From: Octopus sinensis
Taxonomy: Eukaryota
NCBI RefSeq assembly: GCF_006345805.1
Contig: NC_043002.1
Location: 51,708,001-51,772,000, forward strand
Direction of reading: 5' to 3'
Length of the DNA: 64,000 nt
In this document: positions 12,647 to 25,572 of the stretch, one piece after another
Numbering within the stretch: the first letter of the stretch is position 1
Layout: every line of letters starts with the position of its first letter
Translations under genes and position numbers: made by a program
The notes under the pieces: generated by a model
The model's database searches: none
Told to the model about the DNA's origin: nothing
The model's input: only the letters and a program-made list of their open reading frames with translations

Positions 12647-13661
12647 TGCTGAACCCCGCGGCCTCCCGATGCTACCCTCAACACGGGTTCAACAGTATGT
12701 GTCCGTAGTTCAGCAAACCAACTTGTTTAGAGCGGAAAGCGGTGGTAGTTTTAATAAGTCAGAAGATTGTGACAATAACAACTAAAACCGTTGAGTATAA
12801 GCAAAATAAAAGAACTTTAATTAAGAGGCGAGTAAGCATTTATGGAATATAATTTAGAGAGTCCTTTCATTTACCTCTGAATGTGTAGACTTCTTTTGGT
12901 GAACTCTTCTTTTATTCACCAGTCTAATGATTCATTTTTTTTATTTATAAATCCTTCTTTCCGACTGGACTCTGCCGCTACTTCCGAATTCATATTAGCC
13001 CGGTACCCAACATCACTCTCCGCATCCTTTACGTTGCCACGTTCACAACATTTTCTCAGCCAGTTGAAACATTCCACTTTACATGAATGACGTCACTATT
13101 TACATTGATCACAGATGCCAACTTCACACGACACCAACTACTGCGTAAACTGTATATTTATACTTAAATATTGAATCGTCTGAAAATCTTCAGTCATTGC
13201 TTTCTTTCTGTTTGCATACATACATACATACACACGCACACACACACACATACACACACACATACACACACACACACACACAATACCACACACACACACA
13301 CACACACCACACACACACCACACACATATATATTATATATATATATATATACAGATAGACATATATAATATTCTTACAGAGATGTACTTGCATAGCAGTG
13401 ATTTGATCTGAGGTCGTGTGCTGAAACGAAAACAATTGCCGCGTGGAAGGTGTTTGTAAGCCATTTAAGAAAACACAAAACCGTTCGATTCACACTTCAA
13501 CATTTAAGTTTAATTTGTCAAATATTTTCGTCGCTTTAAGACCGCGACCTGTTCACTGACAAAATCCTATATATATAATATATACATATATATACTTATA
13601 TATACATTCATTATATAATATATATATATAATATATATATATATATATGTGTGAATATGTA

Positions 13662-13723
<62 letters not shown>

Positions 13724-13938
13724 AATATATATATATCAAAACACCCAAGCTGTTACATTAATTTTATCCGTATAATTGCCTCCATATCTGCTGATCTGGA
13801 TTCTTCTTAAAGCCAACTCTTTACTTTGCGCAATTGATCAAAGACATGCGTATATATACGTATAGCCTGGTCACAAGAATGCTACTGGTAACATGGATGG
13901 AATCCGTACAATCAGTAGCATGTTTGGGTCGTCGGCGA
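12645..13938 (-). repeat. Right arm of the 7.4-kb inverted repeat
   Basis: Reverse complement of 6544-7612 with different microsatellite lengths and small indels. Confidence 0.9.
13514..13563 (-). ncRNA. Second G3-C8 hammerhead copy (one T shorter near the cleavage site)
   Basis: Reverse complement of 6819-6869 with GAAAATATT instead of GAAAATATTT. Confidence 0.6.
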
Positions 13939-14029
13939 AGATTGTCCTAAGCTATCCATATAGAAATAGTCCTCTATTTACCTAATAATCGGTGTTTCTC
14001 TCATTCTTTTGTTGTCCCCTTTTATCATC

Positions 14030-14198
14030 ATCATCATCATCATTTCATTATCATTATTATTATTATTATTATCATTATTGTTATTATTATTATTATTATT
14101 ATTATATTATTATTATTATTTTATTATTATTATTATATTATTATATTAATTTTATTATTATATTTATTATCATTATTTTATATTATTATTATTATTAA

Positions 14199-14246
<48 letters not shown>

Positions 14247-14248
14247 CA
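14030..14248. repeat. Long (ATT)n/(ATC)n trinucleotide microsatellite
   Basis: Direct inspection. Confidence 0.95.
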
Positions 14249-14285
14249 TACATGCATATGTATGTATATATATATATATGTATAT

Positions 14286-14317
<32 letters not shown>

Positions 14318-14489
14318 ATGTATATATATATATATAGATATATATATAATATATAAATATATATATATTGGAACATGTGATTAGGAAGTATTTATGTTCA
14401 CCAATGATATGGTTATAAATATATAGAACAGTAATATGGTGGTACTATGCAATTAGTTTCATATTATATAATTTTAGGGAAATGACTAT

Positions 14490-14640
14490 GACAAAGAAAG
14501 TTGTCATGGCGATACCTGCTCAGAGGCCCCCGGAAAAAGTTGCTGAAAGTGTATGGAGAGGAGTGTCTGAGCCGCACACAAGCGTACGCGTGGTTCAGAC
14601 GTTTCCAAGATGGCCGAAAAATCTCGATATTGACAAGCGT
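14490..14640 (+). mobile_element. Mariner transposase HTH fragment
   Basis: LLKVYGEECLSRTQAYAWFRRFQDGR, typical mariner N-terminal HTH. Confidence 0.75.
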
Positions 14641-14695
14641 TCTAATGAATACATCTTTTTGTATGTTTGTATGTGTGTGCGTGTGTGTGAGAGAG

Positions 14696-14726
<31 letters not shown>

Positions 14727-15329
14727 GTGAGGGTGATGCCTAAGTGGCTCTCTCTCTCTCTCTGAGTGATGTCTAAGTAGTACTCTCTCTATCTCACACA
14801 CACATACACGCACACACTCCAGGTTTTATTTCTTTATTACTCAAATACCACGTTCAAATTTTGCAATTCAACGTGGGGCGTCCAAAAACTATGGGCATTA
14901 TTTTGCTGGAACTCGCACACTTCACGTAGTTTTTTCTTTATTTTCTTTTTCACGCTGTGTTCAGCTCTATGTATTTCTATTCAGTCACACACACACACGT
15001 GTTTATGTATGGTGTGTGTGTCTGTGTGTGTGTGAGTATGTGAAGGGGTGTGTTGTCATGTATTCGTACATACATAAATACATATGAATACATTTTTTTT
15101 GTATGTATGTGTGTGTGAGAGAGAGTGATGTCTAAGTGGTACTCTCTCTCTCTCTCTCTCTCACACACACGCACACATACATACAAGAAAGATGTATACA
15201 TTTACGTATACATGACAACACACCCCTTCACTCTCTCTTTCTCTCACACACGTTCATTTCATCTTATGATCAATATTGTATGTGTATGTATCTCTGTGTG
15301 TGTGTGTGCGTGCGGCGTTCTACAATCGT

Positions 15330-15848
15330 CAGAAAAAACAGTGGAATTTTCTTTCTTAATGCACCTGGTAACACAGGTAAAATATTTTGTAACATTGCTT
15401 ATCTCCAAAATAAGGCAACAAAAACTTTGCAGTTGGTGTGCCATGGTATGGCTTTACTGATATCATTCCCCCAGGAGGACGAACAGTTCATCCTTCTTTT
15501 AAATTACCACTAAACCTGGTCACACGTGACAGTCTAATTCGTAACATAAGCAAAGATTCAGGTTCAGCAGAAGTGTTGTGCCAACGCTATCTTATCATTT
15601 GGGATGAATGCACCATGTCACACAGAGGTGCAATGGAAGCTCTTGGTAAGACCTTACAGGACATCAGAGGCAACAATAAATTTATTAGAGGAGTTACATT
15701 AGTTTCATCAGGAGACTTCAGACAGACATTACCAGTCATTCTCAGACGAACAAGATCTGATGAAATAAAAGCGTGCATTAAGTCTTCACACCTATGGAAT
15801 AAAGTAGAGGAATTTTCTCTCTTGGTGATACAGATAAAACATTTGTAA
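15330..15848 (+). mobile_element. Helitron PIF1-like helicase fragment
   Basis: FFLNAPG.TGK; PGGRTVH..FKLPLNL; LIIWDECTM; GDFRQTLPV..R.DEIKACIKSSHLW. Confidence 0.9.
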
Positions 15849-15870
15849 CATTGCTTCTCCCCAGGTGAAG

Positions 15871-16035
15871 TTTTGTCAGTGAACAGGTCGCGGTTTCAAA
15901 GCGACAAAAATATTTTGACATTAACTTTATTTGCATGTTCTTTAATGGTTTACAAACATCTTCCACGCTGCAATTGTTTTTGTTTCAGCATACTATCTCA
16001 GATCATGTCACTTGCTATGCAAGTATATCTCCGTA
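15871..16035 (+). repeat. Third copy of the G3-C8 HHR module (G12A, probably inactive)
   Basis: ttttgtcagtgaacaggtcgcggtttcaaagcgacAaaaatattttgaca; the downstream sequence matches 6870-7010. Confidence 0.75.
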
Positions 16036-16469
16036 ATTTCTTCAGAACCACTGCAGATAAATGCCAGCAATGACCTTCTTAGGTTCTCCAATATTTTAAT
16101 TTCTAAACAGAAGCAATCAGGGGCAAGGAGTAGGGTTGCAAAACATTCATAATTTCTCAAAATTTCTTTTTTATAGCATATGAATGTATTTATAGCGAAA
16201 AATTATTGAAAGGCATTAATGCATGCGAGAGTGATAAAGAAACGAGGCGGGTTGTCTTTGGATGTGCTAAAAACAACAGCCAAATCGCTCTTAAATGGCC
16301 TTTTCTTCTGAAAATATTAATAATTGAAATTGTTTTACCGAAAATGCTCTTCCCATGGTTTGGAAGAGCAAAAAAAAATAATAATTGCCCAAAGTAGATC
16401 CAATAAAATCGAATTTTCGTCTTCTGAACTAACATTTGGTGATATCTAAAAAATTTTGGATAATGTGAG

Positions 16470-17160
16470 ATTTTTTCTTTTTGGCATGCTTATGACATCC
16501 CATTTGAGGATTACCACCATGCAATTCAAGAACAAAAGGTCCTCAACAAGTATTTATTGCATAAATGGCAGAAAACGCCGACGAACAGCAAATGTAAGGA
16601 GGTCAACACTGAAGACGTCAACCATATTGTTGCCAACGGCAGGAAAATGTCTGGCAGATATTATATCTTCCTATGAGGCATGATGCGGTGACCAGAACAG
16701 TCTGAAACAGGATAATAGAAAAGTAAACACTTTCAGACAAAGTTGATTATTTTGAAACCGACGCGTCAGAAGAATATTGGTGAAACTTAAAAATTAAAAC
16801 AGCCACAAAGTTACAATTGTGCCGGCCAGTTATTTCTATGTGAGATCACAAGGAAAAGATACATCTTGTTGTGGAAATCAGCTGCCCTCTGGATACCATA
16901 GTTAGAAAACTAAAAGAGAAAAAGGATACCTATGGACCATAGGAAAGAAGTTTGGAAATCCAGATCGGGAAATACACATTCAGTTTCATACCTATTATTA
17001 CTGGAACAACAGGATACATGCCAAGCTGTCTATAGATACGTAAAGCCGAACTTGAGATATTGGGGAAAGAATGCAAATCCTTAATTCACACACTACAAGT
17101 GAACACATTATCTGAGAATATGAAAATCTGTAAAACCGTCTCGAGGTTTAAAGGATGATG
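16470..17160 (+). mobile_element. R4/Dong-like RLE LINE 3' fragment
   Basis: EDVNHIVA..KMSGRYY..HDAV; VEISCPLDT; FIPIITGTTGYMP; related to 5563-5890 and 42590-42820. Confidence 0.7.
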
Positions 17161-17299
17161 AGCAAGACGATACTTTCTTTCAAAACCTTGCAGCTAAGCA
17201 GGCGCCAGTCAAAATATATTCTAAAGAGAAACACAGAGAGAAAGAGAACACATACATAAACGCGCGCGCACCCATTCACATACACACTCACACACACAT

Positions 17300-17920
17300 A
17301 TACGTACGTATATATTTGTATATTTATATATATATATATAATATTATTATATATATATATATAATATTATATATATATACACGAATGTGTGTGTATATAT
17401 ATTATATATGCAGATGTATGTATATATATATCTATATATATATGTATGTTTATGCGTATATATACGTATGCATGTATGTATGTATATATATGTATGTATG
17501 CATATATGTATATATACATAGATGTATATATATATATATAAAGAATGTATATATATATATACACGTACATTTGTATATATGTACGTGTATATATATGCAT
17601 ATATATATGTATATACATATATATATATGTATTTACATATATATATATACATCTATAGATATATGTGTGTACATATATAAATATATATTTTATATGTATA
17701 GGTATAAATACATATATTTGTATAGATATATATATATATGTATATGCATGTATGCATATATATATGTATATATGTATATATATGTACATATATATATATA
17801 TGTATAAATGTATATTTATATACATATATATGTATGTATATATGTATATATATGCATATGTATATATATATCTACACACCCACACACATACATACACACA
17901 TATATATATATATATATTAC
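17300..17920. repeat. About 600-bp degenerate alternating purine-pyrimidine tract (TA/TG/CA)
   Basis: Direct inspection. Confidence 0.95.
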
Positions 17921-18230
17921 TGTGGAAAACAAATTTCCAGTATGCTTCGGGAAACTTAATATGTGTGTTAACTTGCTCAGGTTGTCGAGAGCAATACATA
18001 GGCTAAACCAAAAACAGTCTACGCCAGAGGATGACCCTCATAGATCCCAGATTAAAATTCGAAAATACAGAAAAATAACATTAAGCGAACAGATCAGCAT
18101 TTACGCCACTAACGAACATCACAACGTCAGAATTTTCCCCTATATAAATTCAGGGACAATGCATCCTGTAATCAGCGCATTAGCAAAGAATCATATTTTA
18201 TCGCAAAATATAAACCCATTTTGAATTCTT
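17920..18230 (+). mobile_element. PLE GIY-YIG fragment
   Basis: [26 protein letters not shown]. Confidence 0.75.
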
Positions 18231-18599
18231 CCTCCACAGATGACACTACTGCAAGTATCTTAGAATAATACCTACGCAAGTATTACAAACGATATATTCA
18301 GAACAATCACAAGCCATGAACAATTCCAATCACTACTGCTACAACCACAACAGATAACTTTTAGATCACTTGACCTTCAAAGAAGATTCCAAGGATAGTC
18401 TATTATACTCATACCACTGCTGTTTTCATCACCACCACCATCGACTTTTGCAGATTATGTTTGCGTTTGTGGATATTTTTCCGGTTTTGTGTTTATATAT
18501 TGGCCGGTATGTGTGAATTGGCATGTGCCACAACGGCTATCATTGCATTTAGATTCAGTAAATGATTGGCTTTTGTTGCTAAGGTCAAACTTTACTTTT

Positions 18600-18936
18600 G
18601 TTAATAATTGTTTCAAGTTTTAGACTGTCTTTTACTAATGCAAACATGAACTGCAAAAGCCTAAATTTAATTTACTGCATCAAATGTCAAAATTGTGAAG
18701 AACTATGTGTAGGTCAAACTGGAAATGCACTATCAGAACGTTAACGTGTGCACCGACAGCAAATTAGTAACTCAGATATCCGTCAGATACCTTTGAGTAA
18801 CCATGTAGCAACATGCAGTCAGAAAGTATTTATAATATTTCCATTCTACAAACTACACAGTCCAAGTGAAATTGAAAGAAAATTCAGAGAAAAGAACTTT
18901 ATAAATAAATTCCAACCCAAGCTAAATAAACAATAA
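18600..18936 (+). mobile_element. PLE GIY-YIG C-terminal fragment
   Basis: NLIYCIKCQNCEELCVGQTG..HRQQI..QIPLSNHVATC..IFPFYKL..EKNFINKFQPKLN. Confidence 0.85.
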
Positions 18937-19259
18937 TACTAATACTTAGAAGTACTATTTCTACTGCTACGACTACTACCACTAACAACAATACTAAAGG
19001 CGTTCATTATGATGAGAGCAGGAAAATACTAGGTAAGTCAAGAGAAAGGTCTGTAAAAGTTATCTTTTTTTGGTGTATAAAGTTCTATTACTTCAGCTAC
19101 TCCTACCACCACCACCACCACCACCACCACCAACGACAACAACAACAACAACATCGACGACAACAACGACAACAACGACAACAATAATAAAGATGATAAT
19201 GATGATGATGATAATCAGAAAGTAAAAATCCCCTGAGAAATGTTGTTTACAACACTTCT

Positions 19260-19410
19260 AAAAATAGCTCAACAATTACAGCTTTGGCCAAACCAAGTGT
19301 TGGGTGTATCTAAAAGGCGATGCGAACATCATTTGGGCAATAATGATGGAATATTTGCCACATCATGCACTTACGGCGGCGTTGGAGAGAATACAGCTTG
19401 AGCTTTTCTA
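19260..19410 (-). mobile_element. CR1-type LINE C-terminal fragment
   Basis: LEKLKLYSLQRRR..MWQI...CPNDV.I.F..HPTLG. Confidence 0.65.
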
Positions 19411-19714
19411 GTCGACCCCAATAGTCATGGCCAATATATATATATATATATATGAATCAGAAGGAACGTTAGTGTTTTAAACATTATTGAACTCTCATCA
19501 GTCAATGCCCCGGGCCACACACACACACACACAAGCATAGATGTATGTATTTTCTGTATATATGCATGTGTGCGTATGTGTATGTGTGTGTGTGTGAGTA
19601 TGTGTATCTGTGCGTCTACATGGCCATAATTTATTATTTTCATGGAGCAGCATTTTCTATTCTGTTGTTTGACAATAAACCTCATCTATGTTTGCTACAT
19701 ATTTGCATGTCCAG

Positions 19715-19764
19715 ACTCAGAATATGGAGGTGTATTTAAATCGACTGATGGTGGCCGTTACTAT
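19715..19764 (+). CDS. Putative small coding exon with an Asp-box-like motif
   Basis: tttgcatgtccag| (D)SEYGGVFKSTDGGRYY |gtgtga; S-x-D-G-G motif typical of BNR/Asp-box repeats. No supporting neighbouring exons identified. Confidence 0.25.
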
Positions 19765-20271
19765 GTGTGAATTTATAACAATGATTTTGTGTAATATAAT
19801 GCCAACTGAATCAGGATATTACAGCTACTTTGAATTAGCTGCCATAAAAATGTCACGTATTATTATTGTATGAGTAATGATAATTATTATGTCTTTCTAT
19901 TTTAGGAACAAAGCCTGAAATTTTGTACTTCCACCACAATACTCAACTGGTACTTATATTATTGATTCCGAAAGAATAAAAAGCAAAGTTCACTACAGCA
20001 GAATTACGTAGAGACGGACAAAATGTGGCTAAGTACTTTGTCCAGACGTGCTAATGATTCAGACGGCTCAGCGCTTTACTATGAGTAATAAAATAGGAAG
20101 GAGAAGGCGAGATAGTAACATTGTTATTCCTTATAAAGTATCTTAACACAACACCACATACATTCACATGTATGTATGTACGTACAATATATATATATAT
20201 ATATATATATGTGTAGATTATCTATCTATTTCTCTCCCTCTCTCCACACAGACACACAAACATATATGCAT

Positions 20272-20356
<85 letters not shown>

Positions 20357-20489
20357 GCGTAAAGTATTCCCGATTATTTAAATAAGTTTATTTTATTTGA
20401 AATTGCACAAAAATAATTAAAATAAGTTCCCCGACATTCTATTGTTCAAATACGCTCCTTTGTTTACATTTGGCAAGTAAAGCAATTCA

Positions 20490-20720
20490 ATATGGCAGCT
20501 AACAAGTGAAGTGAGATTGAAACTCAGTAAAAATCAGGACATAGCACCAAAGACGTGGCTTCAACGGTTGGTGTTACTCGCAAAACAGTCTATAATTTGC
20601 CTTAAAATGCATTCGTTATTTGGGTGTCTATTGCTGATGATTCGAAACCACACCGAAATCACGCATTAGCTCCAAAAGAGGAACTAATCTATAGCAATGG
20701 ATGCAAATGAAGTCGCACTT
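20490..20720 (+). mobile_element. Tc1-like transposase N-terminal fragment
   Basis: MAANK..GHSTKDVASTVGVTRKTVYN (HTH-like). Confidence 0.5.
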
Positions 20721-20779
20721 GTTATATCAGAGATTTTCTTCTCCCAGAGTGATGACTAAGCAAAGACTAGGGATCTCTC

Positions 20780-22190
20780 AACTCCAACTGTTGATGGCCG
20801 TTGACTCTACTGAGTTCATCCGTTCTTTGATAGTTTTATTTTTGTCCTGCAGTATCCAACGAAAACAATGGGTCTAATCTATAGTTACCTTGATACTTTG
20901 TGGATGGAGTTAGCTACGTGCCGGATGCTCTTCATTATTCTCCTCTCGGTTTCTACATTACGGTTATTAGAGTTTGTCCTACATAGGATATTAACATCAT
21001 CTACATACCTACAGTAAATCTAAACAGTTATGGATTGCTCCGCTAAGGATTGTTTTAGTTTTTTTATCCTATCAGGTCTTGATGAGGCCGGCCACATCTC
21101 CAGCCATACCAACACCCATAGGTGCACCTTGAACCTGCATGTATAGTTTCCTGTTAAACTTTACTATGTAGTTCTTCAAGGTCCTTCTTATGCTCGCCCC
21201 TATTGCATGTGCAATCATTCTTTTCACCTGACTTGTTATCCGGTTCCTGGGTGGGTATGGTCCAGCCAGACCAGCACTCGGCGGTACTTTTTTTTCCTTG
21301 CCAAGGTGATGGTGGGTGGTCTTCCCGACTGTGTCCTGGTGGGGCAGAATCTACTAAGATCATGGTTGTGTAGGTAGTTACAGTCATAGCTTAGTTTAAG
21401 GAGGAGGCTCAGTTCCCTCGTGTTGACTTCAAAGAACTCTGTCTCACTCTTGCAGATAATCTCAATACATTTTTCCTCAGCAAAATCTATGTCTAAAGAT
21501 GAGTAGAGTGAAACCACATCCATACTACCCGCTACACAACCTGTGAGATCGTTGAAGTGGTTGCAGCTATTGATTCTACTGAGGAGATTCTCCGAGCCCA
21601 TACAGAAATCTGAGGACATTTCAATGACTGGTCGTAACACCTGTAGGAGGAAGTAGGATAGCCTATAATTGCTGGAGACATTCGCTCTGCAAACTGGCCG
21701 GGTTGGGGGCCCCATAACAGGGTTTACTTAGGGTTTATGATCCTTACGTAACCCGTATAGAGTAGGAATATCACTGTCTAATGCATGGAAATTTTGTGCA
21801 GTACGTTTCTTGGGTTGGAGTATGTTGAACCACATTTCCATGTGTGCATTGAGCTTTTCCACTATTTCATGTGGTGCAATTTCTCTCATGCTAATGATGT
21901 GTTGTTGCATGGTCTGGATATAGTTCAGTGGGCTGTCTATCGACAATCTGTCACACTTGCCTGTAGGGAAGCATGCTAATTCCCTGTTCCTAATTTGCTG
22001 TTTCAGTTTTCGTAAGCCTTTGGCAACAGATGAACTAAGTTGTTGGGTCTTCCCTTCATTATGTTTTTAGTGGTTTTGTTGTACCGGTGGTCTAAGATGT
22101 GTCGGAAATCAATTTCAAGTTAAGAAAATCTTTGCTTCTGTCTCTGTGTTGAAGGATAAGACTGGGGTAGATACTCGTCATGTCGTATAA
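20780..22190 (-). mobile_element. Degenerate PLE reverse transcriptase, Naiad-like
   Basis: PTLYGLRKDHKP, GPPTRPVC, GSMDVVSLYSSL, LYMQVQGAPMG, YCRYVDDVNI; frameshifts and stops. Confidence 0.75.
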
Positions 22191-22289
22191 TTTGTTGTTG
22201 GGTTATAGAAGACAGAGTGTATGTCTATGTGTATGGGTTTGTGTGACTATGTACGTGTGTCTGTTATGTATGGATGTGTGTCTCTATAT

Positions 22290-22440
22290 GTGTCCTTGTG
22301 TGCCCTATTTAACATTGTCCCGAAACAGATCAAAGAGGAAAAGGATCCCATCACATTTAAAAGGAATCTGGACAAATTTCGTCTAGGATTACTAGATACA
22401 ACTCACTCAACACGAACTTCCTACTCGAATGGACCATGAT
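22290..22440 (+). mobile_element. CR1 LINE 3' end fragment
   Basis: ALFNIVPKQIKEEKDPITFKRNLDKF; compare the C-terminus of the 62525-63610 ORF. Confidence 0.7.
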
Positions 22441-22568
22441 ACCACAAAACTTGACTTTAAAAGGATTTAGTTAATCGTATGAAGTGGTACTATTAAGTCT
22501 CCTGGCGTTAAAATGGTAGTAACGTCGGTTACTACGGAACAGCTATGTTGAAGTGGCGATTAACATTA

Positions 22569-22603
<35 letters not shown>

Positions 22604-22663
22604 TAACTGAATGAGATAAAAAAATCCAAGGCTATGAATAGTTTTCAGAACATTTATAAAGAG

Positions 22664-22711
22664 GTCTTACAGCTGTTTCCGGGATATTTTATATATCCCC
22701 TCATCAGAGAC
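22664..22711 (-). ncRNA. Type I hammerhead ribozyme, canonical C3-G8 core
   Basis: Minus strand: gtct CTGATGA g-gggatat-ataaa-atatccc-g GAAA cagctg TA agac; the stem II closing pair is a G.G mismatch. Confidence 0.8.
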
Positions 22712-23689
22712 GGCGCGAGAAAATGTTTAATAGTTATTATAGGGAAGATATGAAATACAGAGTGAAGTGTAGGAATGAAAACAGACGTGAGATACGTAAG
22801 GATATTGTATCTGCAGTTCCATTACTTAAGCAAAACGGTGTATATTTATATATATATATATATATATATGTTTCCGGTATCTTACATATATATTTGTCCC
22901 ATTTTGTATTTCTATATATAATTTTTATACATATATTATTGCGGCGTAACGCAATATGTATGTAAACATTCCACTATTGTACGACTTCTACACACACTTT
23001 CTCTATACTCCACTAGTCTCTGTCTTTCTCTTTTCTTGCCTCTGATTCTTTGGTCTCCTCTTCTCCCACTCTCTCACATTTCTCTGTCTTTCTCACTTTG
23101 CACCACTGATTCTGTTGCCAAGCCAATCCTTGGCACGCTCTGTTTCTTCTCCCCTCTTTAATTCCTTCTTTCTCCCCCCCCCCCTTGGTGCCTTTGTCCC
23201 TCTTTTTCTCTCTCTCTTTGATTCCTTTGCCCCCTGTTTCTCTCTCTCTTCTTCTCTCCTCTCACCTGACCGCTGGTCAACTAGCCTTTCGGATTCTGAC
23301 CGCCGCCACGACAACACCGTTTTCTTCGTCTGCCGCTAAGGCATTTATTTCCAAATACGCCAGCTAAGATAAGTTGAACTGTCTAAAGTCGTAAGACACC
23401 CGCTGTTTTTGTCCTGTTATTACTTTTGTTGTTTTTTATATTTATATTCGTGTGGCATCGTCCGTTTTTCTGTCCTTGTTTCGTATACATTCGATCCTTT
23501 TCCCAAGAAATCTAATGCTCGTAGCTTAGTTTTCCTCGGGGCTGGCCGGATCGGAGCGATCTCAGGATTGATCAGCCGAAATTGCGAGGATGATCCGGTT
23601 CCTGACTGAAGATTAGAGGCTTCGAATGACTCGTCCGTTTTTTGTGTCGTCTCTTTGTGTGTTTTGCGTTCTTGTCCCATTTTTATTTG

Positions 23690-23808
<119 letters not shown>

Positions 23809-23822
23809 CAAATTCATATATA

Positions 23823-25221
23823 CTAGCAGACGTACCCGACCTTGCCCGGGCCTGTTTGTTAAGTATGCCTGTTTGGTTATTAGACTATGGATGCCCCTCT
23901 GAACTGAATAAAAGAAATGATAATGGCAGGTGTTTCCTGCGTTGTTTCATTTATTTAGCACAATAGTGAACATGCAGATCATACGCCCACACCATTGTCA
24001 TTGTTTTCCATTGGGACAGTAAAAACCGGCAGTAATTAAGTTTATATTCCTTACCACATAACTGCTGACATGTGCTGTTATAGCAAAGGAAAAGGTTGAG
24101 CCTAAAGATATGACATAAAGAGAAATAGTATGTTTAGCTACTGTTTTGCTGGGTTGCACATACAACATTATCTGAACAAAAACTTTGACGTGTGACCTGT
24201 GCAAAAAAAGATGAAAAATGTAGTATCTGTTGCCTACCTCACAATTGGGGGCACTTAACGGAGAACATATGGTGAACATTATGCTAATGAAATAAATAAG
24301 GTGACAAGGGTATGGTCACCTGATGTTTTCTTGTTTGCCGCAGAGAGCAACATCCGTTGTTGTCTTTCCCCTGTAGTCTCCGTAGCGCACGCAGCAGCAT
24401 CTCTTGTAAGTCGATCTGCGCGTTGTGCTGCAGTTTCTGCAGCTCGTGCAGCAGCAGTAGAGGAAGCATTTCTTGTTCTGCGTGCTGAACGTTGTTCGTT
24501 GCTCTGTGCAGCTCGTTGCACAGAAATACATGCTAACCGATCACAACGCTGCTCTTCACTTTCCCTTTTTTGCGCTGAAGCCATCCTAAGTCAATTGAGA
24601 GAGTTCCTCCTGGCGCTCTCCTCGGCAGATTCATTTGCACGCATACGTTTACTTTTCTCTACAGCATTTGTTTGCTAACCTATATTGGATCTTTTGCATC
24701 GAGGCATGGTGGAAAATTATCAGTTTACGCAATAGAGAAAGTCCTAAAGAAAAAGCGGTGAATGTGTAGCACCAAAAAAAAAACCCAGTAAAATGTAGTT
24801 GACAAAAATCGAACAGACCGAATTAAGGATCTTTAATTTTGGGTAAGAGTTTTGAAGTGGCTCGTTTAAGTTGGAAAAATTATATGAAAAAGAGCGCTCA
24901 CATGAAAACAGAGGCAAAACGTAACTCGCAAATGAATACTGCTGGCAGTATTGTGCAAGCAGTTGATAAGAGCTCACCACAGCTGACAAAGTAAAGTATT
25001 GATTTTTCCAGCTGGGTGTGTGTCATGTTTTTTCTTTGCTGGCTCAAGTCAAATCCTAGGCGAATTGAGAGTAGTCTATTTATGCTGGGGACGCGGAATT
25101 CCGAGGAAAAAATTATAAGAAAATGCGCTCCGAGAGCACACATGTCAAATTTGGTGAAATTCGGTTGAAAATTGTAGTAGAAGTGGTTCACACAACGCAC
25201 ACACACAAACAGACAACTTGC

Positions 25222-25230
<9 letters not shown>
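23823..25230 (-). mobile_element. Non-autonomous/deleted Helitron
   Basis: Minus-strand 3' end cccgggcaaggtcgggtacgtctgCTAG|T (GC hairpin plus CTAG); ORF 24279-24584 with ESEEQR..RL repeats like Helitron N-termini; 5' end merges into (TA)n. Confidence 0.75.
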
Positions 25231-25317
<87 letters not shown>

Positions 25318-25339
25318 CTTAGGCCTCGTCTTTCTATTT

Positions 25340-25522
25340 AAACTTCTGAAAATGAGTGTAAACTGTAAAGCCGGTTAAGGCTTCAAATATATTAATAAAA
25401 AATATTTTAACTATTCATAGTACATTTTCAACTTCTACTCGTCCTGTATTTCTACCCGTGTGGAATAAAATAAGCTTTTTTTCCCTCTCTCTCCCTCCCT
25501 CTCTCTCCCCCTCTCCCCCCTC

Positions 25523-25572
<50 letters not shown>

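Noticed and set aside
20634-20648. CTGATGA-ttc-GAAAC
   Set aside because: No stem II; lies within a Tc1-like fragment.
21060-21080. In-frame TGA in the Naiad-like RT as possible selenocysteine
   Set aside because: It is followed by TAG at a position where Trp-Trp is expected; consistent with TGG-TGG decay.
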